A stretch of DNA of 64,000 bases from Lama glama. Its lineage: Eukaryota. Numbering within the stretch: the first letter of the stretch is position 1; every line of letters starts with the position of its first letter. The stretch covers positions 23,872,001 through 23,936,000 of the forward strand of contig CM052832.1 in the NCBI GenBank assembly GCA_028534125.1, in the 5' to 3' direction. The notes beneath the pieces were generated by a model. That model did not search any database. It had not been told where the DNA came from and worked only from the letters and a program-made list of their open reading frames with translations. Position numbers and translations under genes: made by a program. Shown here one piece after another: positions 52,450 to 64,000 of this stretch.

Positions 52450-52830
52450 CTTTTGTAGCTTTTTGTCTATAACTAGGGATGGTGACATGACAGCACATGA
52501 GACAGGCAGAGATCTGCTGGGCACTTCTAGGTGCACGTGCTTCCCTATAACAAGGGATAGATGTCCTGGCAGAGCCTTTCTCCTTTCCCCCTCATTCCTG
52601 TCTTAAATACAGTCATGACATCAGGACCTTTAACAGTTATGTGGCCACCAGGAGGCTACAAACATAGAGAAAAGACCAAGAAACAGTCAGGGATGCATGC
52701 AAGCCAATGGATTCAGGCCAGCAACTACCTACCATCAGGCTTTTAATATAAAAAAAAAAAAAAACCAACGCTTATTTGTTTGAGGTGCTACAGATTGGGT
52801 TCTAGGTTGCTCGCAGCCAAAGCAGCCGTA
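52450..52830. mobile_element. MLT1-type (ERVL-MaLR) LTR remnant
   Basis: …catgagacaggcagagatctgctggg…cttatttgtttgaggtgctac…ttgctcgcagccaaagca… resembles MLT1. Confidence 0.55.
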
Positions 52831-54629
52831 GCCAGGGAGAGTGTTTCACAGGCATCATTTATAGTTCCCACAACACTCTGGAAGATAGCCGTTATTATCC
52901 CTGTTTTATAAATGAGGAAACTGAGGCACAGAGTCCAAATTTCTTGTCCAAGGCTTTACAATGGTCTCATCATTTTACTAAGTGTTCCCAACTTTTTAAA
53001 TAAGTGTCACTTACTGGCTAAACATGAACGTTCCCTGCACAGACACTGTTCTCCTGTGCCCCGTGTTTGTGTGTGTGCCATGCTCTTCCTACTAGGAAAT
53101 TGTGGTTCTAGTCTAGTGCGACTACAACCTGCCTTCGAGGCTCCTCCTCCTTCAGTTTCCTCTCCTGAAAATGATGCACTGGATTAAAGTTCAAAAGTCT
53201 CTTCCAGCTGTAAAATCCTATGATACCATCCCGTCCTCACAATATTGTGAGCGGCCCAGCACTGCAGATTCTGTATTGTGTGTGTTTGTTTATTTTCAAG
53301 CCCAGTTTGCTTTGCCTGCGGCAGATATGCAGTCATTACATTGAGTAAGTATAGTTTAATTAAATCTCACTCTATGGACCTATAAAAGAAGCCTCAAATA
53401 CCATGGGGAGTTATTATGGGGAAATATGAATTCAAGCTCATAAACCAGAGGTTAGAAATGAGACACCTTAGAAGAAATATACCACACAAGCGCAAGATTC
53501 ATTAGTCTGCTCAGGGGATGCTTGTTACCTATCTCTTATGTGTCTGGTCTCTTACGAACAGAGGGCTGGTTGTGACTTTATGAGGTGCTGGCGTTATAGT
53601 TGGGGGATGTACATGAGGAACCACGGTACATGTGGGAGAAGATTTCAGGCCTTTTCAGACCCAGGCAATCCAGCCTGGTGAGATGAGGAAAAGCTCCACA
53701 GTGCAAGTGATGTCTGAGCTAAGTATTGGAGGATGATTATAGATTTCAACAGCATGCCAAAGAAGATGGGGCAGGAATGACTCCGGCTGAGGAAATAGGT
53801 CCAAATCCACTCAGACACAGAAGAACATGTTTTGAGACCTGCAGCTGGAGAATAGGGGCATGGATGGAGATGGGGAAGAGGCTAAAGAACTGAGATGGAG
53901 TCTGTCTGCACAGAACGGTTTAGCCATGATGCGGGGGTGGGGGGGGTGGATTTCTCTGGTAGGCAATGTGGCACCAGGGATATGATCAGATTTGAAACTT
54001 TAGAAAGATCACTGTGTTTAGTAGGAATTTTGTAGTAAGGTCAATGTCATGCACAGTAACCTCTTTGTTATTCAATATCCATAATATGATTGATATTTAT
54101 ACAGTCTATGAATAAGAGTGATTGAAAGGTGGCGAGAAGACTCAAAAGGAGAATGTTTCAAGGTTCCGGGGGTAAGATGATGAGCATTTTAACTAAGGCA
54201 TGGTACAGAGGATGGAAAGGAATATAGTCGTAAGTGATGTCAAGGATGTAGAAGAACAATACTTGATGACTGATTAAATGACGGTGGAGCTGGGGCCGTG
54301 GTGAGCAAGAGCATAATACTTGGGAACCAAGCAGAGGGAGGAAGTTTTGTGGAGCCAGATGATGAGATTTGCTTTGGACACATTTAGAATGCGATGCAAT
54401 GTCTGAGGGCGAAATATTTATGAGAACACTGGACAAATATGGGTCTGGTGCTTAGACTGTAGAGAATCTTAAGCACTTAACACAATGGTTCTCAACCCTT
54501 TGAAAACCAGAACCTCCTTTATACAACAAAATAGTAATCCCCCTGCCTAGATAATATGCACATAAATTTCTTAAGAATCCAAATAACACAAAAGGAGAAA
54601 TAAAAGGAAATCAGTTTTTTTATGGTAAA

Positions 54630-54770
54630 TTTCAATATCTTGTAGTAACCTATAATGAAAAAGAATATGAAAATGAATATATGTATGTACATGTATGACT
54701 GAAACTTTATGCTGTACACCAGAAATGGACACATTGTAAACTGACTATATTTCAATTTTTAAAATTTTTA
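54630..54770 (+). mobile_element. Short L1 3' tail
   Basis: Closely similar to the L1 3' end at 47875-48005. Confidence 0.85.
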
Positions 54771-54839
54771 ATATTTACATATTCAGGCATGGCTACATTT
54801 ACAGTAAACAGCTGAAGGTTCGTCCCTGCAGACCGCATT

Positions 54840-55390
54840 TGTTCATTCATTTAACAACTCCTCATTGAGTGTTTCTAGGTTCTAAGTACTCTTTTAGTTT
54901 TGGGCATTGGAAAACAGCAGTAAACAAAAGAGACACAGTTTCTGCTCTCGTGGAATTTACATTCTCTGACAGGGTAAGATGGGCAATGAGTAAATAAATA
55001 AGTAAATAATAATACGATTTCTTATGGTGATAAGAGCTATGAGAAAATAATACGAATGCTGGGATAAAGATCAGTAGTGAAGGGGGCTCCTTCGGATAGC
55101 AAAGTCTGAAATGTCTCTCTGAGACATTAAAGACAAAAAAAGAGGCAGCCAGGTGGAGGAGTCAGCAGTATCCTCAGATGGAGAAAAGTTGGGTGTGTTT
55201 GAGGACAAGAAAGAAGGCCCAGTGCAGCAGGATGTTTTAAGATGAAATCATGGAGGTAAGCACAGGTCACATAATGCAGGGCCTTGAAGATCAAAATAGG
55301 AAGTTGAAGTTTTGTTCCAAGTGCCGTATGAAACCATTGGAAAATTTTAATCAGAGGTGTGATGTGATCTGATTTACATTTTTAAAAGTG
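54840..55390 (-). mobile_element. L2 fragment
   Basis: ttcattcatttaacaac…attgagtg… (antisense L2 tail) followed by a typical antisense L2 body. Confidence 0.75.
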
Positions 55391-55819
55391 TATTCTGAAG
55401 CTTTCCAATTATGATAGCATGGCAGACTAGATTTCCGAAATGAAATCTAATCCGATCAAAGTGTGAAATGAATCTCTCCCATTAAAAACAACTAAAAATT
55501 CGGGATAATTTTATATGTTTAATGCTTTAAAGATTTTGCAAATAAGTAAGGAACTCGCAGATGCCAAAATGAAATAAAACGAGGAATCCTAGTTGATACA
55601 TCCCTGAAATTGGCTTTTATCCTAAGGGTGTTGGCTCCGTTTTGGTGAACTTTAATCTCTGTTTTGATCAACGCTGAGAGCACGCAGGAGGGGATGAAGT
55701 CTAGTGTCTATTCAAGCTGGAGTGTTATAGGGAGCTGCTACATAAAGCTCAGATCCCAAAAGGATGAATCTTAAGAAAGCGAACAAGAAATCAAATCACA
55801 GTGCACAAAGAGAAAGCAA

Positions 55820-58100
55820 GCACTCTCTTACAGTGTTGTAGTATAACAACTTTGGAAGATGGTCTGGCTGTTTCTTATAAAACTAAGCATAATCCTATCC
55901 TAGAACCCAGCAATTTCTACCCCTGAGGTCTTTACCCAAGAGAAAGGAAAACATATGTCCAAAAATTGACTTGTATGGAAATGTTCATAGAAGCTTTGTT
56001 TACAACAGCCCCAAACTGGAAATAGTACAAGTGTTCATCGACCCAAGAATGGATAAACAAATTGTGGTATATGTATACAATAGAATACTAGCTAACAATA
56101 AAAGGAACAAACTAATGGTACATTTAACAACACCAATAAATCTTGAAAACATTATGTTACGTGAAAGAAGCCTCACACAAAGGAGCACAGTTGGTCCTAT
56201 TTATATGAAATTCTAGAGCAAGCTAAACTTACCTGAGGAGGGAAACATCCGAACAACTGATACCACTAGGGTTGGAGTTAGAGCTGAAAAAAGGCATGAG
56301 AAAATTTTCTGGTGCTGCGTTAATGTTCTATATCTTGATAGGATTAAAACTTATAAACAGCAAAATTTAAATTGGTGCATTTCATTTCCTTTAGATTTTA
56401 TCCTCCAAAAAGGGAGAACTCTAAACAAATATTGACTTAATTAATGATGCATAATATGCTGAAGTGCTTAGGGGCAACACGTACTTTCAGATACATAAAA
56501 AAACATGATGGAGTGATGTATAGATAAAGGGGTGAATATCACATAGATAGATATGTGATAAAACAAATATAGAGAAATGAAACTTTTTGGAACAAAATCG
56601 TGGAAGGAGAAAAGAGTATGGAAATGTGACTGTCTTGACTTTAACAGTAAATGGAAAGCAAAAAATAATTCATATTATCCCAAAGGAAGAATTTAATTTA
56701 AATGGTCCTAGGTTGTTAGTGCCCATAAGGCATCTGGAAGAAACAAATGCAAGAAGAATGCTGGTTCAACCCAGGGCTGAAGGATCACTTAGGTAGAGTT
56801 TTAAGGATATTGAGCCCATAAAAAAAAAATCTCTGAGAATGTAAGGAAACAAGAGTTCATGAGTGAGAATCAGCAGAAAAAACCAGATCACAGAAACAGG
56901 GTATTTGAATTATTACACAGAAAATATTTGATGTTAAATGTATTTAAAGAAGTATGAGAGGCTTGCAATAATGAGTGAAGAACAAGAAGCTAAAAGCTTT
57001 TATCAAGTAAGTTAGATAAAAAGGCATCTAGAAATAAAAAGGATAATAGAATTTTAAAACTCAATGGATGAAGTGATGAGTAGATTAGACCGAATTGAGG
57101 GGAGTATTTGTTACTTAGAAGACATGCAAACTGCAGTTCAGAGAGACTAAGAGATAGATAATATGAAAAGAGGTCAAGAGGTGAGGAAGATAAAGAGAGA
57201 AGGTCCAACATACATCAAATTAGAGTTTTGGAAATGGGCAGAGAGACTGGGAGGAGGAAATAGTTTAAGATACATGCTGAGAACTGAGAATTATTAAAAG
57301 ATATCAATTCTTTGACTCAGGATTCCAAAAAAAATTACAAGTAGGATAAACAAAAAGAAACCTAACCCTCAGCATATCAAAGTAAAGTTGCAGAAAGCCA
57401 CAAGAAAAGAACTTTTTAAAGCAGTCAAAGAGAAAAGGATGGATTGCCACAGAGAAGTGGCAATTAGACTTATAGGTGACTTTTCCCCAGCAACCTTAGA
57501 AGTCAGAAGACAATGGAAAACTATCCTAAATGTTTCTAGAACACAACTGTAAGCCCAGAACAAAATGCATTATGAAACTATATTTCAGGAATGAGTGTGA
57601 AATAAGTACATTTCCAGATGTGTCACTTCTGCTCACATTTTCACTGACCAAATCAGTTTGACAATTATGCCTAATACAAAGGTTGTGAGTATCCAAAAGT
57701 TGAGGAGAACCAGAAATCTTTTTTTTTTTTGTGGGTTAAGTTTGAGAACCAGAAATCTTATTGAGCATCAGTTATTCTACTAGGTAGGAAGATGTACATG
57801 GGTGGTAAAAACAGTAAAAAGAAAGGCAAATTAGGAACATAAAATTCAAGAGAATGGCTACCTTTGGGAGAAGAAAGAGGGACATGACTGAGGAAGAGCT
57901 TACAGGGGGCTTCAAAATAATTTATTGATAATATTCTCTTTCCTAACCTGGGTGATGGGTGTATTTGGTGTTTTTTATCACTATTAACATAGAATTTATA
58001 TATTGTATATGAATATATATACAATGTACATATACAATATATAAATTCCATTAATAATAAATATTTTAAACTATATATAATAAATATATAAATGCCTAAA
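55820..58100 (+). mobile_element. Cluster of old L1 remnants (3' ends and an ORF1-like region)
   Basis: L1M 3'-like sequence at 55820-56580, ORF1-like at 56850-57620 and L1ME 3'-like at 57780-58100. Confidence 0.7.
57705..57759 (-). mobile_element. Minimal 23-bp retro-insertion with 16-bp TSD
   Basis: GAGAACCAGAAATCTT at 57705-57720 and 57744-57759 flanks T10 + GTGGGTTAAGTTT. Confidence 0.75.
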
Positions 58101-58440
58101 TATACATAATTTGATTCTTAGCATATACATACATACATATATATCCACACAGATGTATATATACATATATATATATATATATTGCTGTTTGATAATAAAA
58201 ACAACCACAGATCACTCTAGCTACTTTGTGGTGAATGTGAATGGACAAAAAGGGTCAAGGGGGAAGCAGGGGAACCAGCTAGGAGGCTACTGTGGTAAAC
58301 CAAGTGAGGCATCATAAGACTTTCGCCTAGAGTAACAGCAGTGCGATCAGGGAAAGTGGCTGAATTCGTGATATATTTTGGAGCGGGAGCCAATGAGAAA
58401 TTGGATATGGGTTGAAGAAAAGACAGAAAACAAGAATGGC

Positions 58441-59215
58441 AGACTTTTGGTCAACTCCGACAAAGGAGGCAAGAATATACAATGGAATAAAGACAGTCTC
58501 TTCAGCAAATGGTGTTGGGAAAACTGGACAGCAGCATGTAAAACAATGAAGCTAGAACACTCCCTTACACCATATACAAAAATCAACTCANNNNNNNNNN
58601 NNNNNNNNNNNNNNNNNNNNNNNNNNNNNNNNNNNNNNNNNNNNNNNNNNNNNNNNNNNNNNNNNNNNNNNNNNNNNNNNNNNNNNNNNNNNNNNNNNNN
58701 NNNNNNNNNNNNNNNNNNNNNNNNNNNNNNNNNNNNNNNNNNNNNNNNNNNNNNNNNNNNNNNNNNNNNNNNNNNNNNNNNNNNNNNNNNNNNNNNNNNN
58801 NNNNNNNNNNNNNNNNNNNNNNNNNNNNNNNNNNNNNNNNNNNNNNNNNNNNNNNNNNNNNNNNNNNNNNNNNNNNNNNNNNNNNNNNNNNNNNNNNNNN
58901 NNNNNNNNNNNNNNNNNNNNNNNNNNNNNNNNNNNNNNNNNNNNNNNNNNNNNNNNNNNNNNNNNNNNNNNNNNNNNNNNNNNNNNNNNNNNNNNNNNNN
59001 NNNNNNNNNNNNNNNNNNNNNNNNNNNNNNNNNNNNNNNNNNNNNNNNNNNNNNNNNNNNNNNNNNNNNNNNNNNNNNNNNNNNNNNNNNCAGAGAAAAA
59101 AATGTGACAATGAGTGTGTATATGTCCATGAATGACTGAAAAATTGTGCTGAACACAGGAATTTGACACAACATTGTAAAATGATTATGAATCAATAAAA
59201 AATGTTAAAAAAAAA
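58441..59215 (+). mobile_element. Young 5'-truncated L1 spanning an assembly gap
   Basis: ORF2 segment [23 protein letters not shown]…TPYTKINS. The 3' end is nearly identical to 20034-20153. Perfect 16-bp TSD AGAAAACAAGAATGGC at 58425-58440 and 59216-59231. Confidence 0.95.
58591..59090. other. Assembly gap (500 N)
   Basis: Run of exactly 500 N. Confidence 1.
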
Positions 59216-60442
59216 AGAAAACAAGAATGGCTGCTAATATTTTAGTCTATGTGACTGGGTGGATAGAGACGTCATTAACCAAGAAGTGGAAGATTAGGAA
59301 AGGAAAAATTGATGGGGACAGACGGAAATTCTCTTACTGACCATTTTAGTTTTGATACCTATTAGATATTAAAAGTGAAGACATGAAGTGGACAGTACGA
59401 GAGTCTGGAGGAGAGGTCAGGACTTGTGATGTAAATTAGGGAGTCTGAGCATACAGGTGACATCATTCATCATTTTTAACATTAAAATATATGAAATGTT
59501 TAAATGTGTATAATGGCTAGCTAATTACATAAATAGCAGTATTCATAACGGAATATCATGTAGCCACTAAACATGAATGTAGATTCACATATGCTGATAC
59601 TAAAGATGTTTGGGATGTGTTGTTAAGTTTAAAAAGCAAAGGGGTTGTGTATTATATGATTTGTGTAAAAACCAATTGTGTAAACTTGTGCATGGACGGA
59701 AAATTTCTGGAAGGTGCATAAGCAGGTGTCAACAGTGGTTACATGTCTGGAGGTGGGGTGGAGAAAAGGTATAGGGAGGGTGGATTTTGCTTATTTTTGT
59801 ATTATTTAAATTTTCACTTTGAACATATATTGTGTAAATAAAAATCAAGTAAATATCTAGGTTGTGGCAATATTATTTTCCTAAAAGGGGCTTCCAGTTA
59901 TGACAGAAAGAGAATAAAACTAGGAAAGTGAAAACCTGGTTTTTTAACTGACTATGTGTGATGTGGGACCAGTCATCTCTTCTAAGTAGCCTTTAATTTT
60001 CTCATCAGTAAATCATCATCATTAAGCAAAGAACTCTCTGCATTCAAAGTCCCATCTAAGTTAATTTTGTGTTATGCTATATTCAATTCAGGCTTAATTA
60101 TTTACACCACAGACCAACACATGAATTCAAATATGCTGCTTTACATCAATCTGATCCAATCTATCCAAATCTATTCAGTTCATCCAATCTTAATCAATCC
60201 ATTCAAAATATTTAATGCAACAGTGCAGCTACATCTATGTCCCAGGCACTGGGTAAGTGACAAGGCAGTAAAAGGCTGCACTAATCTTCACAACGAGTCC
60301 CTGGTCTGGCCGACGAGACAGCCAGGTAAACATCTATAACACCCTCTGTGATAGCAGAGAAGTACAGAAGTTCTAGAGGTAAAACAGGGGAAGCAGTGAT
60401 GCACTCTGTCTGGGAAGATGGGGGGAGGTTCCTTTGGTAGAC

Positions 60443-60800
60443 TGTATCACAGTTTGCCCTTCCTGGGAGGAAATTCTACTTTCCCAACCCACTGAAGTCA
60501 TGCTTGGGCAAGAGACTTGCTTCTGACAATGAAGTATAAGAAGTGATGTGTATCACGTTCATGCAAAAATTTAAGAGGAGTTTGTACTTTACTGCATGCC
60601 TTTCCCTCTGTCACCAGCCACACTCCAGATAGTCTCTCCTAGGGTATCCTGGGTCCCGGAGTGAAGATGACATGAAACAGCACGACAGCCAAACACAACG
60701 GACTTGGCGCTCAAGCGAGATTCAGACTTTGTTATCACATGCCACTGAGATTTGGGGATCTATTCAGACTTCATACCTCCAAGGGCTAATCACTGATGCT
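60443..60800 (+). mobile_element. MLT1-type LTR remnant
   Basis: …gacttgcttctgacaatgaa…agaagtgatgtgtatcac…gccactgagatttgggg… resembles MLT1. Confidence 0.6.
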
Positions 60801-61679
60801 GGGCTGAGTCTTCCACACAAAGAAATTCAAGGCAATAATCTACTACACTGTCAGGGGTCAGGGGCACCAAAACCGTATCATTCACGAGCAAGGCAACCCG
60901 GGATAGGTCCTCGGAAGGACAGCACGTTACCTTGACGTGGTTCACCTGTGTTCCAGGGACGACTACACTTCTCTCTCAGCGAGTGATGAGAACACAATTT
61001 CTGTCATATTATCCTTTTAAGTTAGTTGCCACTCTTGCAAAACTAAACTTAGGCATAAATTAGACAAGTTAGAAACAAAGCCCGTCTCTGACTTCAAGGT
61101 GGCTCCTTCCTGAAAGGGGCAAATCAAACCCTCATCTTTATACAGAGAGACCCAAAAAGCTCTAAGTAAAGGCAGCTTCTTTACGTAGTAAGTGTGGAAA
61201 GGTCTATTCCTTGGTCCAGATTTACAAAGACAACACTCACGTCTAATAGCAGGTAGATGATGTGAAAGTGGGAAGGTAACTTGGGAGCAGAGAAGTGAGC
61301 TAAGGTATCAGACTTTGGGGCTCTTGGAACACTTTCGGCAACATCATTTTGATGACAACCCAAAGCATTTCATTAGGAATTTCATGACTTTTTCTTTTTT
61401 TCCCCTTACCTCTCCTGTTTGTTCATGAAGCTGAATATTTTTTTTCCAGGTAGAAAAACAAGATCATTCTAAATACTGGCATATTTTTTAAAAAGATACA
61501 GTGCTTTAAATTCACCACCATGATTAATTTTTGTGGGTCTTGAGAACTGCTTGTTAGTCCTATCATGTGTCTCGTAATTCTCCCACTCTCCTAGACTTTT
61601 ATCTTAGACTTTCAACTCCCTCCTCAAAACATATCCTTTTGATTCTCCTGCTGCTTAAATTCTGGGAGCATGGAAGACC

Positions 61680-62290
61680 AGAAATAAACAAGCAAGCAAA
61701 TACACTTTTCAGATAGGTGGTAAAAGTAATGACAAAGAAACAGGGTAGGGTTTTTGATTGGCTAGGCTGGGAAGCTTCTCTGATAAGATGACATTTAAAC
61801 AGAGAACAAGGGTATGTAAACTTGTACATGTTCTGGCTGCTCCCTGCTACCTCCCTGACCTCATCTCCTACCACTCTCTCCCTTAATTTCTCCACTCTAG
61901 CTACACTTTCTTCCTCTCTCTTCCTTAGACGCACCAAGCACATTCTGGCCCCAGGGCCTTTGCACTTGCAGTTCCCTGTGCCTGGAAGGATCTTCCTATA
62001 TAGCTTACTCCCTTACGTCTTTTTGTTTCCTATTTAAATGTCATCTTATCGAGAGAAACTAAGATGCCACTCCCCCCCTTCCCACCTCAATCACTCTCAA
62101 TCCCTTTTCCTTTTTTCACCTCCTGGAATAGTATGTTCACTTGTTTGTTTATTTTTGTTCTTCTATGCTCCCAGAATGGAAGTTCCATGAGTATCAAAGC
62201 TGTATGTTTTTCTACTCCTGTGCTCCCAGTGCCTAAAACAGTGACTAGCACATATTAAACACTTAATAAATATTTTTCAGATGAATAATT
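61680..62290. mobile_element. L2 fragments
   Basis: ccagggcctttgcacttgcagttccctgtgcctggaa… and the tail cccagtgcctaaaacagtgactagcacat…cttaataaatattt. Confidence 0.8.
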
Positions 62291-62304
62291 AAGAAAAACA
62301 ATGA

Positions 62305-62991
62305 TGCAGTTTGGTGCAGCCACTGTGAAAACAGTATGGAGATTCCTCAAAAGACTAGGAATAGACTTACAATATGACCCAGGAATCCCACTCCTGGGCA
62401 TATATCCAGAAGGAACTCTATTTCGAAATGACACCTGCACCCCAATGTTCATAGCAGCTATTTACAATAGCCAAGACATGGAAACAGCCTAAATGTCCAT
62501 CAACAGAGGACTGGATAAGGAAGATGTGGTATATTTATACAATGGAATACTATTCAGCCATAAAAACTGACAACATAACACCATTTGCAGCAACATGGAT
62601 GTTCCTGAAGAATGTCATTCTAAGTGAAGTAAGCCAGAAGAGAAAGAAAAATACCATATGAGGTCACTCATATGTGGAATCCAAAAAAAAAAAAACTATA
62701 AATACAAAACAGAAACAGACTCATAGACATAGAATACAAATTTGTGGTTGCCGGGGGCTGGGGGGTGGGAAAGGATAGACTGGGATTTCAAAATGTAGAA
62801 TAGATAAACAAGATTGTACCGTGTAGCACAGGGAAATATATACAGGATCTTGTGGTGGCTCACAGCGAAAGAGAATGTGTCAGTGAATGTATGTATGCTC
62901 ATGTATAACTGAAAAATTGTGCTCTACACTGGAATTTGACACAACATTGTAAAATGACTATAACTCAATAAAAATGTTAAACTTAAAAAAA
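62305..62991 (+). mobile_element. Young 5'-truncated L1
   Basis: ORF2 C-terminal sequence, 3'UTR and A-tail. Perfect 14-bp TSD AAGAAAAACAATGA at 62291-62304 and 62992-63005. Confidence 0.95.
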
Positions 62992-63009
62992 AAGAAAAAC
63001 AATGAAAAT

Positions 63010-63200
63010 ATCTAGCCTTTATTGAGTGCCCACGCCTTACACTCTTTGAACTTTCTGAGGCATCAGCCCCCTGTTACAGAGAAGGAAATAGAGACTTCGA
63101 GAGGCTGTGTAACTTGCCTAAGGTCACTCAGCTGGCAGGTGGTGGAGCCCAGTCTCAGTCCCAGATCCGTCCACCTCCAAGACTGAGCTCCCTGCCTTCA
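63010..63200 (-). mobile_element. MIR SINE
   Basis: ttacagagaaggaaatagagac…aacttgcctaaggtcactcagctggcaggtggtggagcc. Confidence 0.8.
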
Positions 63201-64000
63201 TGCGCTAATGACCTTGTCCTGCCATGATTTTGGCAAACTCCCTAGTGAGCGATCTATTAATGCACTCTTAAATTAGAAACTAAAAGTAAGGAAGGATTAA
63301 TAATTAAAGGTTACCATAAAGAAGAACTAGACAGATCTAGAAGATTATGAGCTCTAAATGGAATGAAAAATAGATTTGGGAATTCTATTGATTTTCAGGC
63401 TACCATATTGGATTTAGAACCAGGCAGATGACATTTTTATACTAAATATCAGTGACCTGATATAAAGCCAAAGGCCCCAAAATAACTCAGTGCCCTCGAC
63501 CAGTCTTAGAGACAAACAAACAAGCAAACCTCTGAGCAGGTTTCTTCCTTCCCTCTTTCCTTCCTCCCTTCTTTCTTTTTCTTTCTTTCTCTTCCTTTCT
63601 ACTGGAGTACAATTGACAAATCGGTCAAACATGGTTTGACCAGACTTTGACCCTAACAGATTAAGCTGGCAGAAAGGACCGTGGGATGCTGTATGCATCT
63701 TCTAAAATTGCCTCTGCTCTAAGCTATCTGGTGGTGTCACTGGAAAGTTCAGAGAGTTCTGCGTCACTCGGAGCAGATTCGGTTTCCCTGGAACGAGGGC
63801 ACCATTGGCTCTGTCTTCTACAAACAGCAACATTTCTTATTAATAGGGCTCTTTCTCCACAGGGCCATGGATTATTGATGGATCTCACTGTTAGGCAAGG
63901 ACCCTGTTGCCCCAGACAAATGTGACACAGCTTTTCAGCCTCACTCCAGCAGGCACAGATGTCCCCTCTAGTGGTCTACGTACATACTTGCCCAAGGCAA

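Noticed and set aside
63960..63976. CTCF-like motif (minus strand CCACTAGAGGGGAC)
   Set aside because: Mismatch at the conserved C after the GG core. It cannot be supported without ChIP data or motif scoring.

Overview
Mammalian genomic DNA, most likely camelid, judged from a Vic-1-like tRNA-derived SINE and young L1 3' ends. The window is mostly intronic or intergenic and rich in repeats, with two 500-N assembly gaps. I could not recognise any intact protein-coding exon. The ORF track is explained by L1 fragments, GC-rich or low-complexity sequence and chance. There are three promoter-like elements: a CpG island with a probable non-coding first exon on the minus strand (about 17.1-17.9 kb), a small YY1/NRF1/GC-box CpG island (about 43.3-43.7 kb), and a non-CpG RFX X-box + forkhead element followed by a perfect plus-strand splice donor (about 48.7-49.1 kb). 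I cannot name the host genes from sequence alone. The only clear gene homology is an old processed ESD (S-formylglutathione hydrolase) pseudogene. Its history can be reconstructed: retroposition, then a MER3-type hAT insertion at a TCTAGA target, then an inversion of about 320 bp that flipped the first 13 codons. Other oddities are atypical L1-mediated insertions: a tailless 5'UTR/ORF1 fragment with a 17-bp TSD, a 23-bp insertion with a 16-bp TSD, and a 5'-inverted L1. I found no evidence for a new multi-gene biological system. Repeat family names come from recalled consensus sequences, and boundaries without TSDs are approximate.
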